A stretch of DNA of 64,000 bases, taken from assembly GCA_038279365.1 (NCBI GenBank), contig JAYODI010000005.1, positions 13,728 to 77,727 on the forward strand. The letters run 5' to 3'. Position 1 is the stretch's first letter; each line of letters opens with the position of its first letter. Under the pieces are notes generated by a model. The model worked only from the letters and a program-made list of their open reading frames with translations. It ran no database searches and had not been told where the DNA came from. The position numbers and the translations under genes are program-made. Source of the DNA: Candidatus Latescibacterota bacterium (lineage in GTDB: Bacteria; Latescibacterota; UBA2968). Positions 28,252 to 37,964 of this stretch are shown piece by piece.

Positions 28252-29928
28252 TCAACCTTGAGGTGTAATCGTCACACGAATCACACGATCAACCGCAGGA
28301 ATACGTGCATCATTCACTTCACGCACGATATTATTTGAATCAACAGCACCTGTATTCGCACCCGATTGGCGCGGTGCCTGATCCAAGCCCACACCCGGCA
28401 CCTGATTCACTTCTGTACCTGAATCCCACAAACGAATCATGTTCGTAATATCACCCGAAATGGGCGTGCCACCTGACGTCCACAACGCAATCCCATTGCC
28501 ATTGGGTGCATAAAACCAGTCATTCGATTGCACAAACATGGTGGCAAAAGACAACTTCTCACCCGGTGTGGCACTAAAGGTAAAGGAATAGGCACTGCCC
28601 GGAAACACAGGCCCAGGCCCCGTTGCACCTACGGGCACCGCAAATGCGCCAGAAGCACCCACACCTGCACGTGCCGCAACAGCCATTGCCAATGCCGCAG
28701 GGCTACCATCTTCGGCCAAAGCTTCCAAACCTTCACCGCGATCTGCCGATCCAGCAAGGAACAACACATCAGAACCCGTGTGCGCCGCAAAAACACCCGG
28801 AGCCAATGGCCCAGTCACACCTGTTTTACCCGCAAGCACACCGGCCAAAGTCGCAGGGTTGCCATCTTCAGCAATCGCTTCCAAACCTTCACCGCGATCT
28901 GCAACCCCATTGTTAAATAATGGCGCGCCATCGTTGTGTACCACAAATACTCCAGGTGCAAAAGGTGTCGGCAATGATGAACTTCCCGATACATTTTCAA
29001 TGCGCACCGTAAACCGTGTCCCCACTGAAGAAACTGTCACACGAATCACACTGGCCACAGCAGGCACGCCAACCGTTTCTGCCAAACGAACCGTATTGTT
29101 TGGGTCAACAGCACCCGTATTAGGCCCTGCCTGACGCGGTGCCTGATCGGGCCCCGTTCCGGGTGTTTGATTGATTTCTGTACCCGAATCCCAAAGTTTG
29201 ATCAAGCTTGTAATATCACCACTAATTGCAGTACCATTGGTGTTCCAAAGCGCAATACCCGTTTCATCGGGTGCATAAAACAAATCGTTCGATTGCACAA
29301 ACATCGTAGCAAAAGACAAACGCGACCCTGGTGCTGCATCAAAGTTAAACACATAAGCACCACCCGGTAGCGCAGGTCCTGGCCCACTGGCACCTTCTGG
29401 GGTGTTAAAGACACCACTTGCAATATAAGGATAAGCCACCGACACATTTTCCACACGCACCGTAAACACCGTTTTGGGTACAATGCTTGCACCCATTGTC
29501 ACTTGCGCAGAACCACCAACAGCCAACATCACATTTTGCTCAACCCCACCATTAATGGGCACACTGCCCCACTGCCCCAACACACTGCCTGCTGTATTTG
29601 TTGCACGAATCTGATAATACCCACTCACATCACCCCGATCAGACAAAACTTCAATGCTCGCCATACCAGATGCATTGGTCGTGCCCATCCAACGATAATC
29701 AGCCGCACGCCCCGCCACCGAACGCGACATTGCCACCGTTGCACCAGAAACAGGCGCCCCATTTTGCATCAGTGTGGCCATCACCACCGAGCGTGGGTTG
29801 GCCAGTTTGCTGGCGGGTTTGCCTAAGGGCATGGGTCCGTCTTGCATATTCGACTGTAAGGCATTATCCTGCCCACAGCCCGTAATGGCCAATCCTGCAG
29901 CCAACATCAATGCACCTATTTTTTTCAT
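28252..29928 (-). CDS. Lipoprotein with duplicated Spondin_N-like domains
   Basis: Lipobox LAITGC; two copies of SFATMFVQSND.FYAP...LWDSGTE.NQ.PG.G.DQAPRQ and of GLEA.AEDG.P. Confidence 0.85.
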   Translation of the reverse strand: MKKIGALMLAAGLAITGCGQDNALQSNMQDGPMPLGKPASKLANPRSVVMATLMQNGAPVSGATVAMSRSVAGRAADYRWMGTTNASGMASIEVLSDRGDVSGYYQIRATNTAGSVLGQWGSVPINGGVEQNVMLAVGGSAQVTMGASIVPKTVFTVRVENVSVAYPYIASGVFNTPEGASGPGPALPGGAYVFNFDAAPGSRLSFATMFVQSNDLFYAPDETGIALWNTNGTAISGDITSLIKLWDSGTEINQTPGTGPDQAPRQAGPNTGAVDPNNTVRLAETVGVPAVASVIRVTVSSVGTRFTVRIENVSGSSSLPTPFAPGVFVVHNDGAPLFNNGVADRGEGLEAIAEDGNPATLAGVLAGKTGVTGPLAPGVFAAHTGSDVLFLAGSADRGEGLEALAEDGSPAALAMAVAARAGVGASGAFAVPVGATGPGPVFPGSAYSFTFSATPGEKLSFATMFVQSNDWFYAPNGNGIALWTSGGTPISGDITNMIRLWDSGTEVNQVPGVGLDQAPRQSGANTGAVDSNNIVREVNDARIPAVDRVIRVTITPQG

Positions 29929-29996
29929 AACAACCCCCTTTAAAAAGTCTATTCAGCTATCATCATTTTATGATCACTCAAAAATAGACCAAAAGT

Positions 29997-30024
29997 ATCA
30001 CAAAACATTCACAGAGGGTTCACA
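29997..30024 (-). promoter_or_regulatory. Three phased direct repeats (OmpR/PhoB-type operator)
   Basis: TCACA at 29998, 30009 and 30020 (exact 11-bp period) upstream of the spondin gene. Confidence 0.6.
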
Positions 30025-30104
30025 AGAGTATAAAAAAAGCCCCAGCACAATTGCCGGAGCTTTAAAATGACCGCATAATAGACACACCAAAACATCGAGA
30101 AAAA

Positions 30105-31571
30105 TCACACCGATACAGCCACATCAAAACCAAACGTCGTTCCCTTATTCAACTGGCTCGACACATTAATTTTTCGCCCGTGTGCTTCCACAATCTTCTG
30201 TGCAATAGCCAATCCCAAGCCCGTCCCCCCCTTAGACCGACTCTTTTCTGCGCGGAAAAACCGATCAAAAATTTGAGGCAAATCCTCTGTCGAAATTCCT
30301 TGCCCCGTATCAGCAACCGACACGTGTACCCCATTTTCACCTTTTGTCACAGACACATTTACCGCCCCACCCTTCGGTGTGTAACGCACCGCATTCTCGA
30401 TTAAGTTCGACAACACCCGCGACATCATACCAATATCAGCATATACCAATGGCAAATCTTCAGGGGGTGTCATAGACAAGCGTACCCCATTTTCTTCGGC
30501 TTGTACTTGAAATTCTAAAATCGTATCCTGCACCAACTCCGCCATCGAAAAAGCTTCACACTCGGGCTCCACTTGCTTGGCATCTAATTTCGACAATTCA
30601 AATAATTCCGACACCAAACGATTGAGCGTGGTTACATTGTGAAAAATTGTATTTAAAAATTGATGGCGTTTTTCGGGCGCCAAATCATCTCCCTTCATCA
30701 ACACCGTTTCCAAATACCCCTGAATCGAAGCCAGAGGGCTGCGCAAATCGTGTGAAATATTGGCCACCAATTCTCGGCGCAACACATCGTTCTTTTTTAA
30801 CTGCTCCACATTGGCCTCAATGGTATCGGCCATTTGATTAAACGCCCGACCCAGTTGGCCAATTTCATCGCCCGTTTGAACCGAAATCCGCTCCTGATAA
30901 TTGCCCCGTTCAAATTTTTGCACCGTCCCCGTCATCACACGCAAACGCTTGGTCAGCACAAAAAACAACAACAAACCCACCACACCCGTTAGCGCAAATG
31001 CCCCACCCAACACAAACACACTCGTCTGCACCGTATAACTTTCTTCAACCATCGACGACACCGAATCGTATTGCTCGCCCCCCAAAATCACATACAAATA
31101 TCCTGCCTGCCCTTTGCCAATTTGTACAGGCGTCACCGAAAACGGTTTATGACGATCCACACTGCGTGGGTCATCGCCATAAATTGGCATCGACAACGGC
31201 TCATCCGATCGCAAATAGTCACGAATGGGGGCCATATCAACTGACATTCGCTTAATCTTTTCGGGGTCGGCAAAATAAGCCAACAAATTGCCCGCCTCAT
31301 CAATCAGATAAATTTCCACACGCGGGTTCATAACCATCAATTCTTTAAAGGAATGTTCTATGGCATCATAATCCGCTTTTTCAACCAAATAAGGCCCAAA
31401 TTTTTTGGCCAAATCTTGCGCCAATGTGCGATTCAGTTTTTGATCGGTCTCAGCCACAAAATCCATCGACGCTTCTCGCGAGATATAATATTGCACCGCA
31501 CCCAATACCAACAACAAAACCAAAAAGATCACCGATAATTTGCCGTACAAACTATTCAGCATCTGTTTCAT
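30105..31571 (-). CDS. Sensor histidine kinase (TM-periplasmic-HAMP-HisKA-HATPase)
   Basis: DEIGQLGRAFNQM, ISHDLRSPL, NLIENAVRYT, DTGQG, GTGLGLAI. Confidence 0.95.
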   Translation of the reverse strand: MKQMLNSLYGKLSVIFLVLLLVLGAVQYYISREASMDFVAETDQKLNRTLAQDLAKKFGPYLVEKADYDAIEHSFKELMVMNPRVEIYLIDEAGNLLAYFADPEKIKRMSVDMAPIRDYLRSDEPLSMPIYGDDPRSVDRHKPFSVTPVQIGKGQAGYLYVILGGEQYDSVSSMVEESYTVQTSVFVLGGAFALTGVVGLLLFFVLTKRLRVMTGTVQKFERGNYQERISVQTGDEIGQLGRAFNQMADTIEANVEQLKKNDVLRRELVANISHDLRSPLASIQGYLETVLMKGDDLAPEKRHQFLNTIFHNVTTLNRLVSELFELSKLDAKQVEPECEAFSMAELVQDTILEFQVQAEENGVRLSMTPPEDLPLVYADIGMMSRVLSNLIENAVRYTPKGGAVNVSVTKGENGVHVSVADTGQGISTEDLPQIFDRFFRAEKSRSKGGTGLGLAIAQKIVEAHGRKINVSSQLNKGTTFGFDVAVSV

Positions 31572-32274
31572 GATCCAACTCCTCCTCTTCGGCAAACCGA
31601 TAGCCCACCCCCCACACCGTCTTAATCAACTCTGGATGTGCCGGATCTTTTTCAATTTTGGCGCGCAACCGATTGATGTGCGAATTCACCGTATGATTAT
31701 ATCCATCAAACTGATACCCCCACACCAAATCCAACAAATGCTCACGGCTATATACCCGCCCAGGATGTTTGGCAAACAACACCAACAAATCAAATTCTTT
31801 AGACGTCAGCTCAATGCGCTCATCACCACGATTAACCCGTCTTTTTACCAAGTTAATCACCAAAGCGCCACGCGTAAGCGTTTCTGGTAAATCCGCTTCT
31901 TCAACCGGATGTGATCGACGGATCAATGCCTTGATGCGTGCCATGAGTTCCCGAATACCAAATGGTTTGGTCACATAATCATCTGCACCAAGCTCCAACC
32001 CCAACACCTTGTCAAATTCTTCAGACTTCGACGTCAGCATCAAAATGGGCAAATTTTCTTTTTTGGCCCGAATCCCCTTGCACACATCCATCCCATCTTT
32101 TTTAGGCAACATCAAATCTAAAATCACCAACCGATAATCGCCCGACAACGCCATCTGCAACCCCACTTCACCATCGGCGGCATGATCCAAATCATATCCC
32201 AAATCTTGAATATGCAAATCCAATAATTCAGCAATGTCCATATCGTCTTCAACAAGTAAAATTTTATCGGGCAT
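31552..32274 (-). CDS. OmpR-family response regulator
   Basis: LLVEDD, LDLMLP, GADDYVTKPF, LTSKEFDLL, TVWGVGY; start ATG 32274. Confidence 0.95.
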   Translation of the reverse strand: MPDKILLVEDDMDIAELLDLHIQDLGYDLDHAADGEVGLQMALSGDYRLVILDLMLPKKDGMDVCKGIRAKKENLPILMLTSKSEEFDKVLGLELGADDYVTKPFGIRELMARIKALIRRSHPVEEADLPETLTRGALVINLVKRRVNRGDERIELTSKEFDLLVLFAKHPGRVYSREHLLDLVWGYQFDGYNHTVNSHINRLRAKIEKDPAHPELIKTVWGVGYRFAEEEELDHETDAE

Positions 32275-32338
32275 AAATTTCTCAATGGCTAAAAGTAATA
32301 CTGTAGAACCTTCAAAAATAGAGGCTGTATCGTTTGGT

Positions 32339-34627
32339 TTATTTGTGATCTCGTTCTGCCATCTGTACAGGCGATGCCGCCAACCCATCGGTCGTTGCCA
32401 TCTCACCCGATTCCAAATCAACCTGCCCAAATGTCAACACACCCGTTGGACAACTTTGCACACACGCCGAACAGCGTACACACTCAGGGTCTTCCATTGG
32501 CAAACCCTTATTGGCAAAATTCATCACATCAATACCCTGGTGGCACACCGATGTACACACATTGCACGAAATACATTTTTTCTTATCGGCAAAAATGCGA
32601 AACCGAGAAAACCGCGCATAAATATGCATCAATGCCGCCAATGGGCACGCAAACCGACACCACACCCGCCCACTAAAATGCCAATAAAAACCCACCCCAA
32701 CAATGCCCGCCAACAACAAATCAACCGACCACACATAATTCAAAAAGGTCAACGGAAATGGCAAACTCCCCCAGTTCACGGTCTTGCCCATAAACAAACC
32801 CATATACCCCACATTTACCCAATGATCATAAGGCAACATCCAGCCCACAACGCGCAAAACAAAAATCACAAACACCACCCCCAAAATCACCTGCCCCACC
32901 ATGTTTACCTTATTCCACACAGGTCCATGGGGCATCTTTTGTCGGTGTGCATCACCCATTGTTTCGGCCAAAGCCCCACACGAGCAAATCCATCCACAAT
33001 AAGCACCCTTACCCCATCGCCAAACAATCAGTGGGATCACCACAAAGGTTTGCACCAAACTGATGCCCAACCACACCCACATCGGCTCACTCGTAAACAC
33101 ATTCCACACAAACAAGGGCCACGCCAAAATGAACCCCAAACTGCGCCAATACTCTCGCCCGTGTGGGTCCCACTCCGTCACAGGAAACAACGCATCGGCC
33201 AAAGGCTTAAAAAACGCCCCATCCGAAAACCACCCGTTGTGTCCCATCCACGGCAAAAAAATGTAGGGCAACAAAAACAGTGGAATACACTGAATCACCA
33301 TCAACGTCACCGTCTGCACCGTTACATAAGGCGTTTGCCGTCGTTTGATACGCCGATAACCAAAACCAACCACACATCCACAATAAGCCAGCGAATAATA
33401 AAAACTCGGCTGTGTCATCGACGTCCAAATCGTCCCCCACAAATTCGATGGATCATCCGACACCGACAAATTAAACGGAAACCACTTGGCCGCCTTAAAC
33501 CACTCATACACCGGAATACCAGCACCCGTTTTCCAATGATACACAAACACACACGCCAACATAATCAGCGAAAAAGAAACCCATGTAGAGGCACGCCATT
33601 CACCCCGAATGGGCACACCCGACCGGCGAAAAAAATCCAACGGTGCTTCGCGTCCCAACATCGCAAACACCACATCATTCTTAACCCGCTCATCACCACT
33701 TGCCGTTGACAACCTCACATCTTGTTCACCAATCTCCCGAACCTCGCTGCCCATCAACACCCGAAGCCCCCCCGTTTCCTTCAGTGTTTCAAGCTGCGAT
33801 ATATTGTCAGGTTTGGGGCGGCTAAATGCTTCACGCCGATACGACAACGTCACCTGCCCGCCCGATTCACCAATCGCAATCGCCGTCTCAAGCGCACTGT
33901 CTCCCCCACCCACCACCAACACGTCTTGCCCCGCATATTCCTTTGGATCATGCAACCGGTTATACACCTTATCCAAATCTTCACCCGGCACATCCAACTT
34001 TCTAAAATTACCCGACCGCCCAATCGCCACAACCACCCGATGCGCCTGTATATCTTCACCATCAGAAACCACAACTCGCAAACAATCACCTGTTTTTTCA
34101 ACATACTCCGCTCGCCCAATCACCACATCAATATCTTTTGTCCGTGCTTCCAATTCCTCTAACAACCGCTCTTTCACATCTGCATCATCAGAAAATTGCA
34201 AATCCCCAGCAGGAACCATCTCCGTTGGATATGTATAAATCGGTTTGCCCTTTGGAAAATTCACCACCGTCGAAAACCGTTCCGACGCCTCCAAAAGCAC
34301 AAAATTCAACCCATTTTTTTGGGCCTCCAACGCCGCCGCCATTCCCGATACACCCCCACCCACAATCACCAAATCATGAACCCCATCTTGTTTTTTACGC
34401 TTTTGAAAAGACACATCCGCAACAAAAGACCGAACAACACGCGCACCCGTATCCGACGAAAATTTCAACAACGGAATCCCCGTCAAATCACCCACCACAT
34501 ACAAACCCGATACTTCCGTTGAACCATCATCACGCACTTCCGGCAATTTTTCCACAGTACCCGCAGGCCATTGTGCGTGCAACCAATGTGTGTATCGCTT
34601 CAAAAAACCAAACATATCATCATCCAT
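32339..34627 (-). CDS. TrxB/YpdA-like FAD/NAD(P) oxidoreductase fused to a membrane 4Fe-4S (NapH/YccM-like) domain
   Basis: IVGGGVSG and VVGGGDSA; TM region; CGWICSCG, WCRFACP, CISCNVCTSVC, CVRCSACVQSCP. Confidence 0.82.
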   Translation of the reverse strand: MDDDMFGFLKRYTHWLHAQWPAGTVEKLPEVRDDGSTEVSGLYVVGDLTGIPLLKFSSDTGARVVRSFVADVSFQKRKKQDGVHDLVIVGGGVSGMAAALEAQKNGLNFVLLEASERFSTVVNFPKGKPIYTYPTEMVPAGDLQFSDDADVKERLLEELEARTKDIDVVIGRAEYVEKTGDCLRVVVSDGEDIQAHRVVVAIGRSGNFRKLDVPGEDLDKVYNRLHDPKEYAGQDVLVVGGGDSALETAIAIGESGGQVTLSYRREAFSRPKPDNISQLETLKETGGLRVLMGSEVREIGEQDVRLSTASGDERVKNDVVFAMLGREAPLDFFRRSGVPIRGEWRASTWVSFSLIMLACVFVYHWKTGAGIPVYEWFKAAKWFPFNLSVSDDPSNLWGTIWTSMTQPSFYYSLAYCGCVVGFGYRRIKRRQTPYVTVQTVTLMVIQCIPLFLLPYIFLPWMGHNGWFSDGAFFKPLADALFPVTEWDPHGREYWRSLGFILAWPLFVWNVFTSEPMWVWLGISLVQTFVVIPLIVWRWGKGAYCGWICSCGALAETMGDAHRQKMPHGPVWNKVNMVGQVILGVVFVIFVLRVVGWMLPYDHWVNVGYMGLFMGKTVNWGSLPFPLTFLNYVWSVDLLLAGIVGVGFYWHFSGRVWCRFACPLAALMHIYARFSRFRIFADKKKCISCNVCTSVCHQGIDVMNFANKGLPMEDPECVRCSACVQSCPTGVLTFGQVDLESGEMATTDGLAASPVQMAERDHK

Positions 34628-34700
34628 TCATTTGTAAAATACAATACCCCGGCAAGAATGCCCCAAGAATAGCCATTCAAAAAACACCCGTCAACCCACA

Positions 34701-34734
34701 AAAAAACTCGGCCACTACCACCGCCGAGCTTTTT
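34701..34734 (-). terminator. Probable terminator downstream of the amidohydrolase
   Basis: AAAAAACTCGGC...GCCGAGCTTTTT. Confidence 0.55.
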
Positions 34735-34791
34735 GTGCGATTATTCTCTTCCCTCTCCTACAATTCTTAACCCAACTGTCTTTGACTTTCA

Positions 34792-34903
34792 TTTGCCGTT
34801 TGCCGTTTGCCGTTTGCCGTTTACCGTTTGCCGTTTGCCGTTTGCCGTTTGCCCTTTGCCGTTTGCCGTTTGCCGTTTGCCGTTTGCCGTTTACCCTTTG
34901 CCG
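34792..34903. repeat. Heptamer tandem repeat (TTTGCCG)x16
   Basis: 16 contiguous units: 13 perfect, plus variants TTTACCG, TTTGCCC, TTTACCC. Confidence 0.97.
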
Positions 34904-34906
34904 CCT

Positions 34907-35743
34907 TTAAAGCGCCAATATCCTTACCGCATTATTATGTAAAATATCTGCCAAAGCATCTTCATCTGTAACCATACGCGCCAAAAAAGGCTCCATCACC
35001 TGTGCCAGACACTGCCCACGTGCATACCCTTTGCCCATCCCATCAAAACACGGGCAATCGGTTGCAAACATCAGCTTCTTTTTATGCCGTTCCAAAAAGC
35101 CCGCCGCAAAATCTTCATCGCGAGTCAAACCACCCAAACCAGATCCCGCAGACAAATCGGCAAACAGATTGTCATAATCGGCCAACAAACGATCAATCAA
35201 TCCCCCAGGTTTCACGGGGCCTGTGGGATAGAGTGTTTCTTCTGGCGCGGGCACATCGGCACTGATATGGGTCCACCATGTTTGTGCATGGCCAATAAAC
35301 TTGGCCTTTGGAAACTTCTTGAGCAATGTTTCCAAATCATCCAAACCCTGATTATATCCATTTTTGCCATCTTGAAAATGCCACGTCACGGGCCAAGACA
35401 AATCATTACATATTGCCAGCACCCCTTCCAAGCGAGGGTCATTTAAACGAATGTGTTGTTTCTGTTCCCCAAACCCTTTAAAGATGCCCGTTTTAACCCA
35501 TTTCTCCAACACAGACACCGCATCCTGTCGTGTGACATCGACATGACAAAAAGGAATAATTTGATCGGGATACTTTTTATATGCGGCAACCACCTCTTCG
35601 GTTTTCCAATCAAATTCTTCATCACTGCCTTCAATGGGCAAAATCACAGCTTTTTCAGCACCAATATTCTCAATATGTGCTATCGTCTCTTCCCACGTAC
35701 GGCCTTTATGTGTCAAATGAAAATGTGCATCAATCATACCCAT
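34907..35743 (-). CDS. Amidohydrolase family 2 protein
   Basis: IDAHFH, GFGEQK, FIGHA, ADLSAGSG, MFATD. Confidence 0.85.
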   Translation of the reverse strand: MGMIDAHFHLTHKGRTWEETIAHIENIGAEKAVILPIEGSDEEFDWKTEEVVAAYKKYPDQIIPFCHVDVTRQDAVSVLEKWVKTGIFKGFGEQKQHIRLNDPRLEGVLAICNDLSWPVTWHFQDGKNGYNQGLDDLETLLKKFPKAKFIGHAQTWWTHISADVPAPEETLYPTGPVKPGGLIDRLLADYDNLFADLSAGSGLGGLTRDEDFAAGFLERHKKKLMFATDCPCFDGMGKGYARGQCLAQVMEPFLARMVTDEDALADILHNNAVRILAL

Positions 35744-35787
35744 ACCTCACCAATCGCTTGATCAACCCCGTTTTAACAATCACAAAT

Positions 35788-36567
35788 CTAATAGGGAAAC
35801 GACTCAGACTCAGGTGCTTGCGACAACTCTGCCAAAAACCGTCCTGTGCCTTCCACTGCAGAATTGAGTACCATCTCAGCCTTTTGTGCAGATGCTTTTG
35901 TCGCATCACCGCCTGCCGAAGCTGGAATATACAAATGCCACGGGCGCACGAAATCCACCTGAAATTCTTTCATTGTCTCCAACTTGGGATAATGAAACGG
36001 ATGGTTTGTAATCTTATCTTCTCGTACCAATTCGGGTCGCAAGAACATCACCTGAGACGTTTCTTCTTCACCGGCATGGTCACTGCGATTTTCCCACACC
36101 GCTTTGGCTTCTTGAGACGCACACGTGGTTGTATGAATCAAAAAAGTGGACAACCCATCTTGAGCCGCCAAATCGCGTTGAACTGCTCGAATCACATCGG
36201 GATTGCCCCCATGACCATTAATAAACACAATGCGATGCACATCTTCAGAGCGACACAGCGCCACCAAATCTTTCAACAAATTCATAAACGTGGGCACTTG
36301 CATCCGACACGCAAATGGAAAAGCCCGAAAATTGTTGTTCAAACTGATCCGTTGTGTGGGCAAACACACCACTTTTCCGCCCAACTCATTGGCCTTTTTT
36401 ACGCCCCCATAAGCCACATATTGCACCTGAAAACTATCTGTACCAAAGGGCAATGCAGGCCCATGAGGTTCGGTCGATCCTATCGGAATCAACGCCACAT
36501 TGGGTTTTAATGCCTTTACATCATCAATCGTCATTTCTTCCAAAATACCCGACAAATTTTCAGCCAT
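35788..36567 (-). CDS. Creatininase-family amidohydrolase
   Basis: PIGSTEPHG.ALP.GTD, INGHGGN, DHAGEEETS. Confidence 0.92.
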   Translation of the reverse strand: MAENLSGILEEMTIDDVKALKPNVALIPIGSTEPHGPALPFGTDSFQVQYVAYGGVKKANELGGKVVCLPTQRISLNNNFRAFPFACRMQVPTFMNLLKDLVALCRSEDVHRIVFINGHGGNPDVIRAVQRDLAAQDGLSTFLIHTTTCASQEAKAVWENRSDHAGEEETSQVMFLRPELVREDKITNHPFHYPKLETMKEFQVDFVRPWHLYIPASAGGDATKASAQKAEMVLNSAVEGTGRFLAELSQAPESESFPY

Positions 36568-36734
36568 ATCACCCTCGCGCCCAAAAGTGTCCAAACCTCT
36601 TACGAACCAACATGATAGGTTGCCTACGTGCCGCTGTCAAGCCATCATACATCTGTGCCTCAATTCCTTGACCAACCCCTCTCCTTTAGGTAAATTCATG
36701 CTTCCATTGATTTTATGAAAATAAAGGAGCAATT

Positions 36735-37814
36735 ATGGGAAGCACATTTGGCCAAGCCTTTCGCATCACCACTTGGGGAGAGTCGCACGGCGGTGGTGTG
36801 GGTGTTGTTGTAGATGGGTGTCCACCGGGCTTGGAAATATCGGCAGAAGAAATCCAAATCGAACTCGACCGCCGCAAACCCGGTCAAAGCAAAATCACCA
36901 CACAGCGCAAAGAAGATGACCGCATTGAAATACATTCGGGTCTCTTTGAAGGCAAAACGCTCGGCACCCCCATTTCCATGATGGTCTGGAATGCCGATGC
37001 ACGCTCCAAAGACTACGAAGAGATGCGCACCAAATATCGCCCTTCACATGCCGATTACACCTATCAAATGAAATATGGCATTCGCAACTGGACGGGAGGC
37101 GGTCGTGCCAGTGCTCGCGAAACCATTGGGCGTGTGGCCGCAGGGGCCATTGCACGCAAACTGCTTGCCCAAGACTATGGCATCGACATCATCGCTTATG
37201 TGCGTCAAGTTCACACCCTCGCCATCCAAGTGGACCCCATCACAGTCACACGTGAACAAGTAGAAGCCAATATTGCCCGCGTGCCCGATGCAGCAATGGC
37301 CGAAAAAATAATTGAACGCATTGATGCCGCACGAAAAGACGGCGACTCACTCGGCGGTGTGGTAGAAGCCGTTGCCCACAATGCCCCTCCGGGGTGGGGC
37401 GAACCCATTTTTGACAAACTCGAAGCCGACCTTGCCAAAGCCATGCTCTCTATTCCTGCCTGCAAAGGTTTTGAATCGGGTTCAGGTTTTGCTGGTGTGA
37501 GCATGACAGGCACCGCGCATAATGACCCTTTCTACAACGACGGCCAAAACATACACACCCGCACCAACTATTCAGGAGGGATTCAAGGGGGCATTTCCAA
37601 TGGCGAACCCATCATCATTCGCACCGCCTTCAAACCCACCGCCACCATATTGGCCGAACAAGAAACCGTAGACGTAGAAGGCAATGCCACCACGCTCAAA
37701 GGCCGTGGCCGCCACGACCCCTGTGTTCTCCCGCGCGCCGTGCCTATTGTTGAAGCCATGATGGCTCTGGTACTCGTCGATCATTACCTGCGCCAACGTG
37801 GCCAAAGAGGTTAA
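36735..37814 (+). CDS. aroC: Chorismate synthase
   Basis: [36 protein letters not shown]. Confidence 0.97.
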   Translation: MGSTFGQAFRITTWGESHGGGVGVVVDGCPPGLEISAEEIQIELDRRKPGQSKITTQRKEDDRIEIHSGLFEGKTLGTPISMMVWNADARSKDYEEMRTKYRPSHADYTYQMKYGIRNWTGGGRASARETIGRVAAGAIARKLLAQDYGIDIIAYVRQVHTLAIQVDPITVTREQVEANIARVPDAAMAEKIIERIDAARKDGDSLGGVVEAVAHNAPPGWGEPIFDKLEADLAKAMLSIPACKGFESGSGFAGVSMTGTAHNDPFYNDGQNIHTRTNYSGGIQGGISNGEPIIIRTAFKPTATILAEQETVDVEGNATTLKGRGRHDPCVLPRAVPIVEAMMALVLVDHYLRQRGQRG

Positions 37815-37818
37815 ACCG

Positions 37819-37914
37819 ATGTTCAATTTAGATCCTTATACAGATACGATATATGATATCTGTAAAAAATATGCGGTCAAACGCGTCCATCAGTATAAAA
37901 CCACCACATCATAA
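37819..37914 (+). pseudogene. Possible 5' remnant of a minimal nucleotidyltransferase (MNT) gene
   Basis: MFNLDPYTDTIYDICKKYAVKRVH... resembles MNT N-termini but ends before the FGS motif. Confidence 0.35.
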
Positions 37915-37964
37915 ACAAGAAAGGCTCGGCAAACTGCTGTCGAGCCTTCGCTACTTATACCACT

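Noticed and set aside
28300-29400. Long direct DNA repeats as a recombination or diversity element
   Set aside because: They are in-frame domain duplications within the spondin protein with synonymous divergence; no reverse transcriptase or adenine-specific variation is apparent.
32234-33709. 491-aa + strand ORF
   Set aside because: Antisense shadow of the well-supported flavoprotein gene, with low-complexity H/P/Q/T composition caused by strand skew. The same applies to 35581-36510 and to off-frame ORFs such as 25092-25907.
34792-34903. CRISPR array, or coding ORF 34733-34942
   Set aside because: Contiguous 7-mers without spacers and no cas genes; the LPFAVCR peptide is just the translated repeat.
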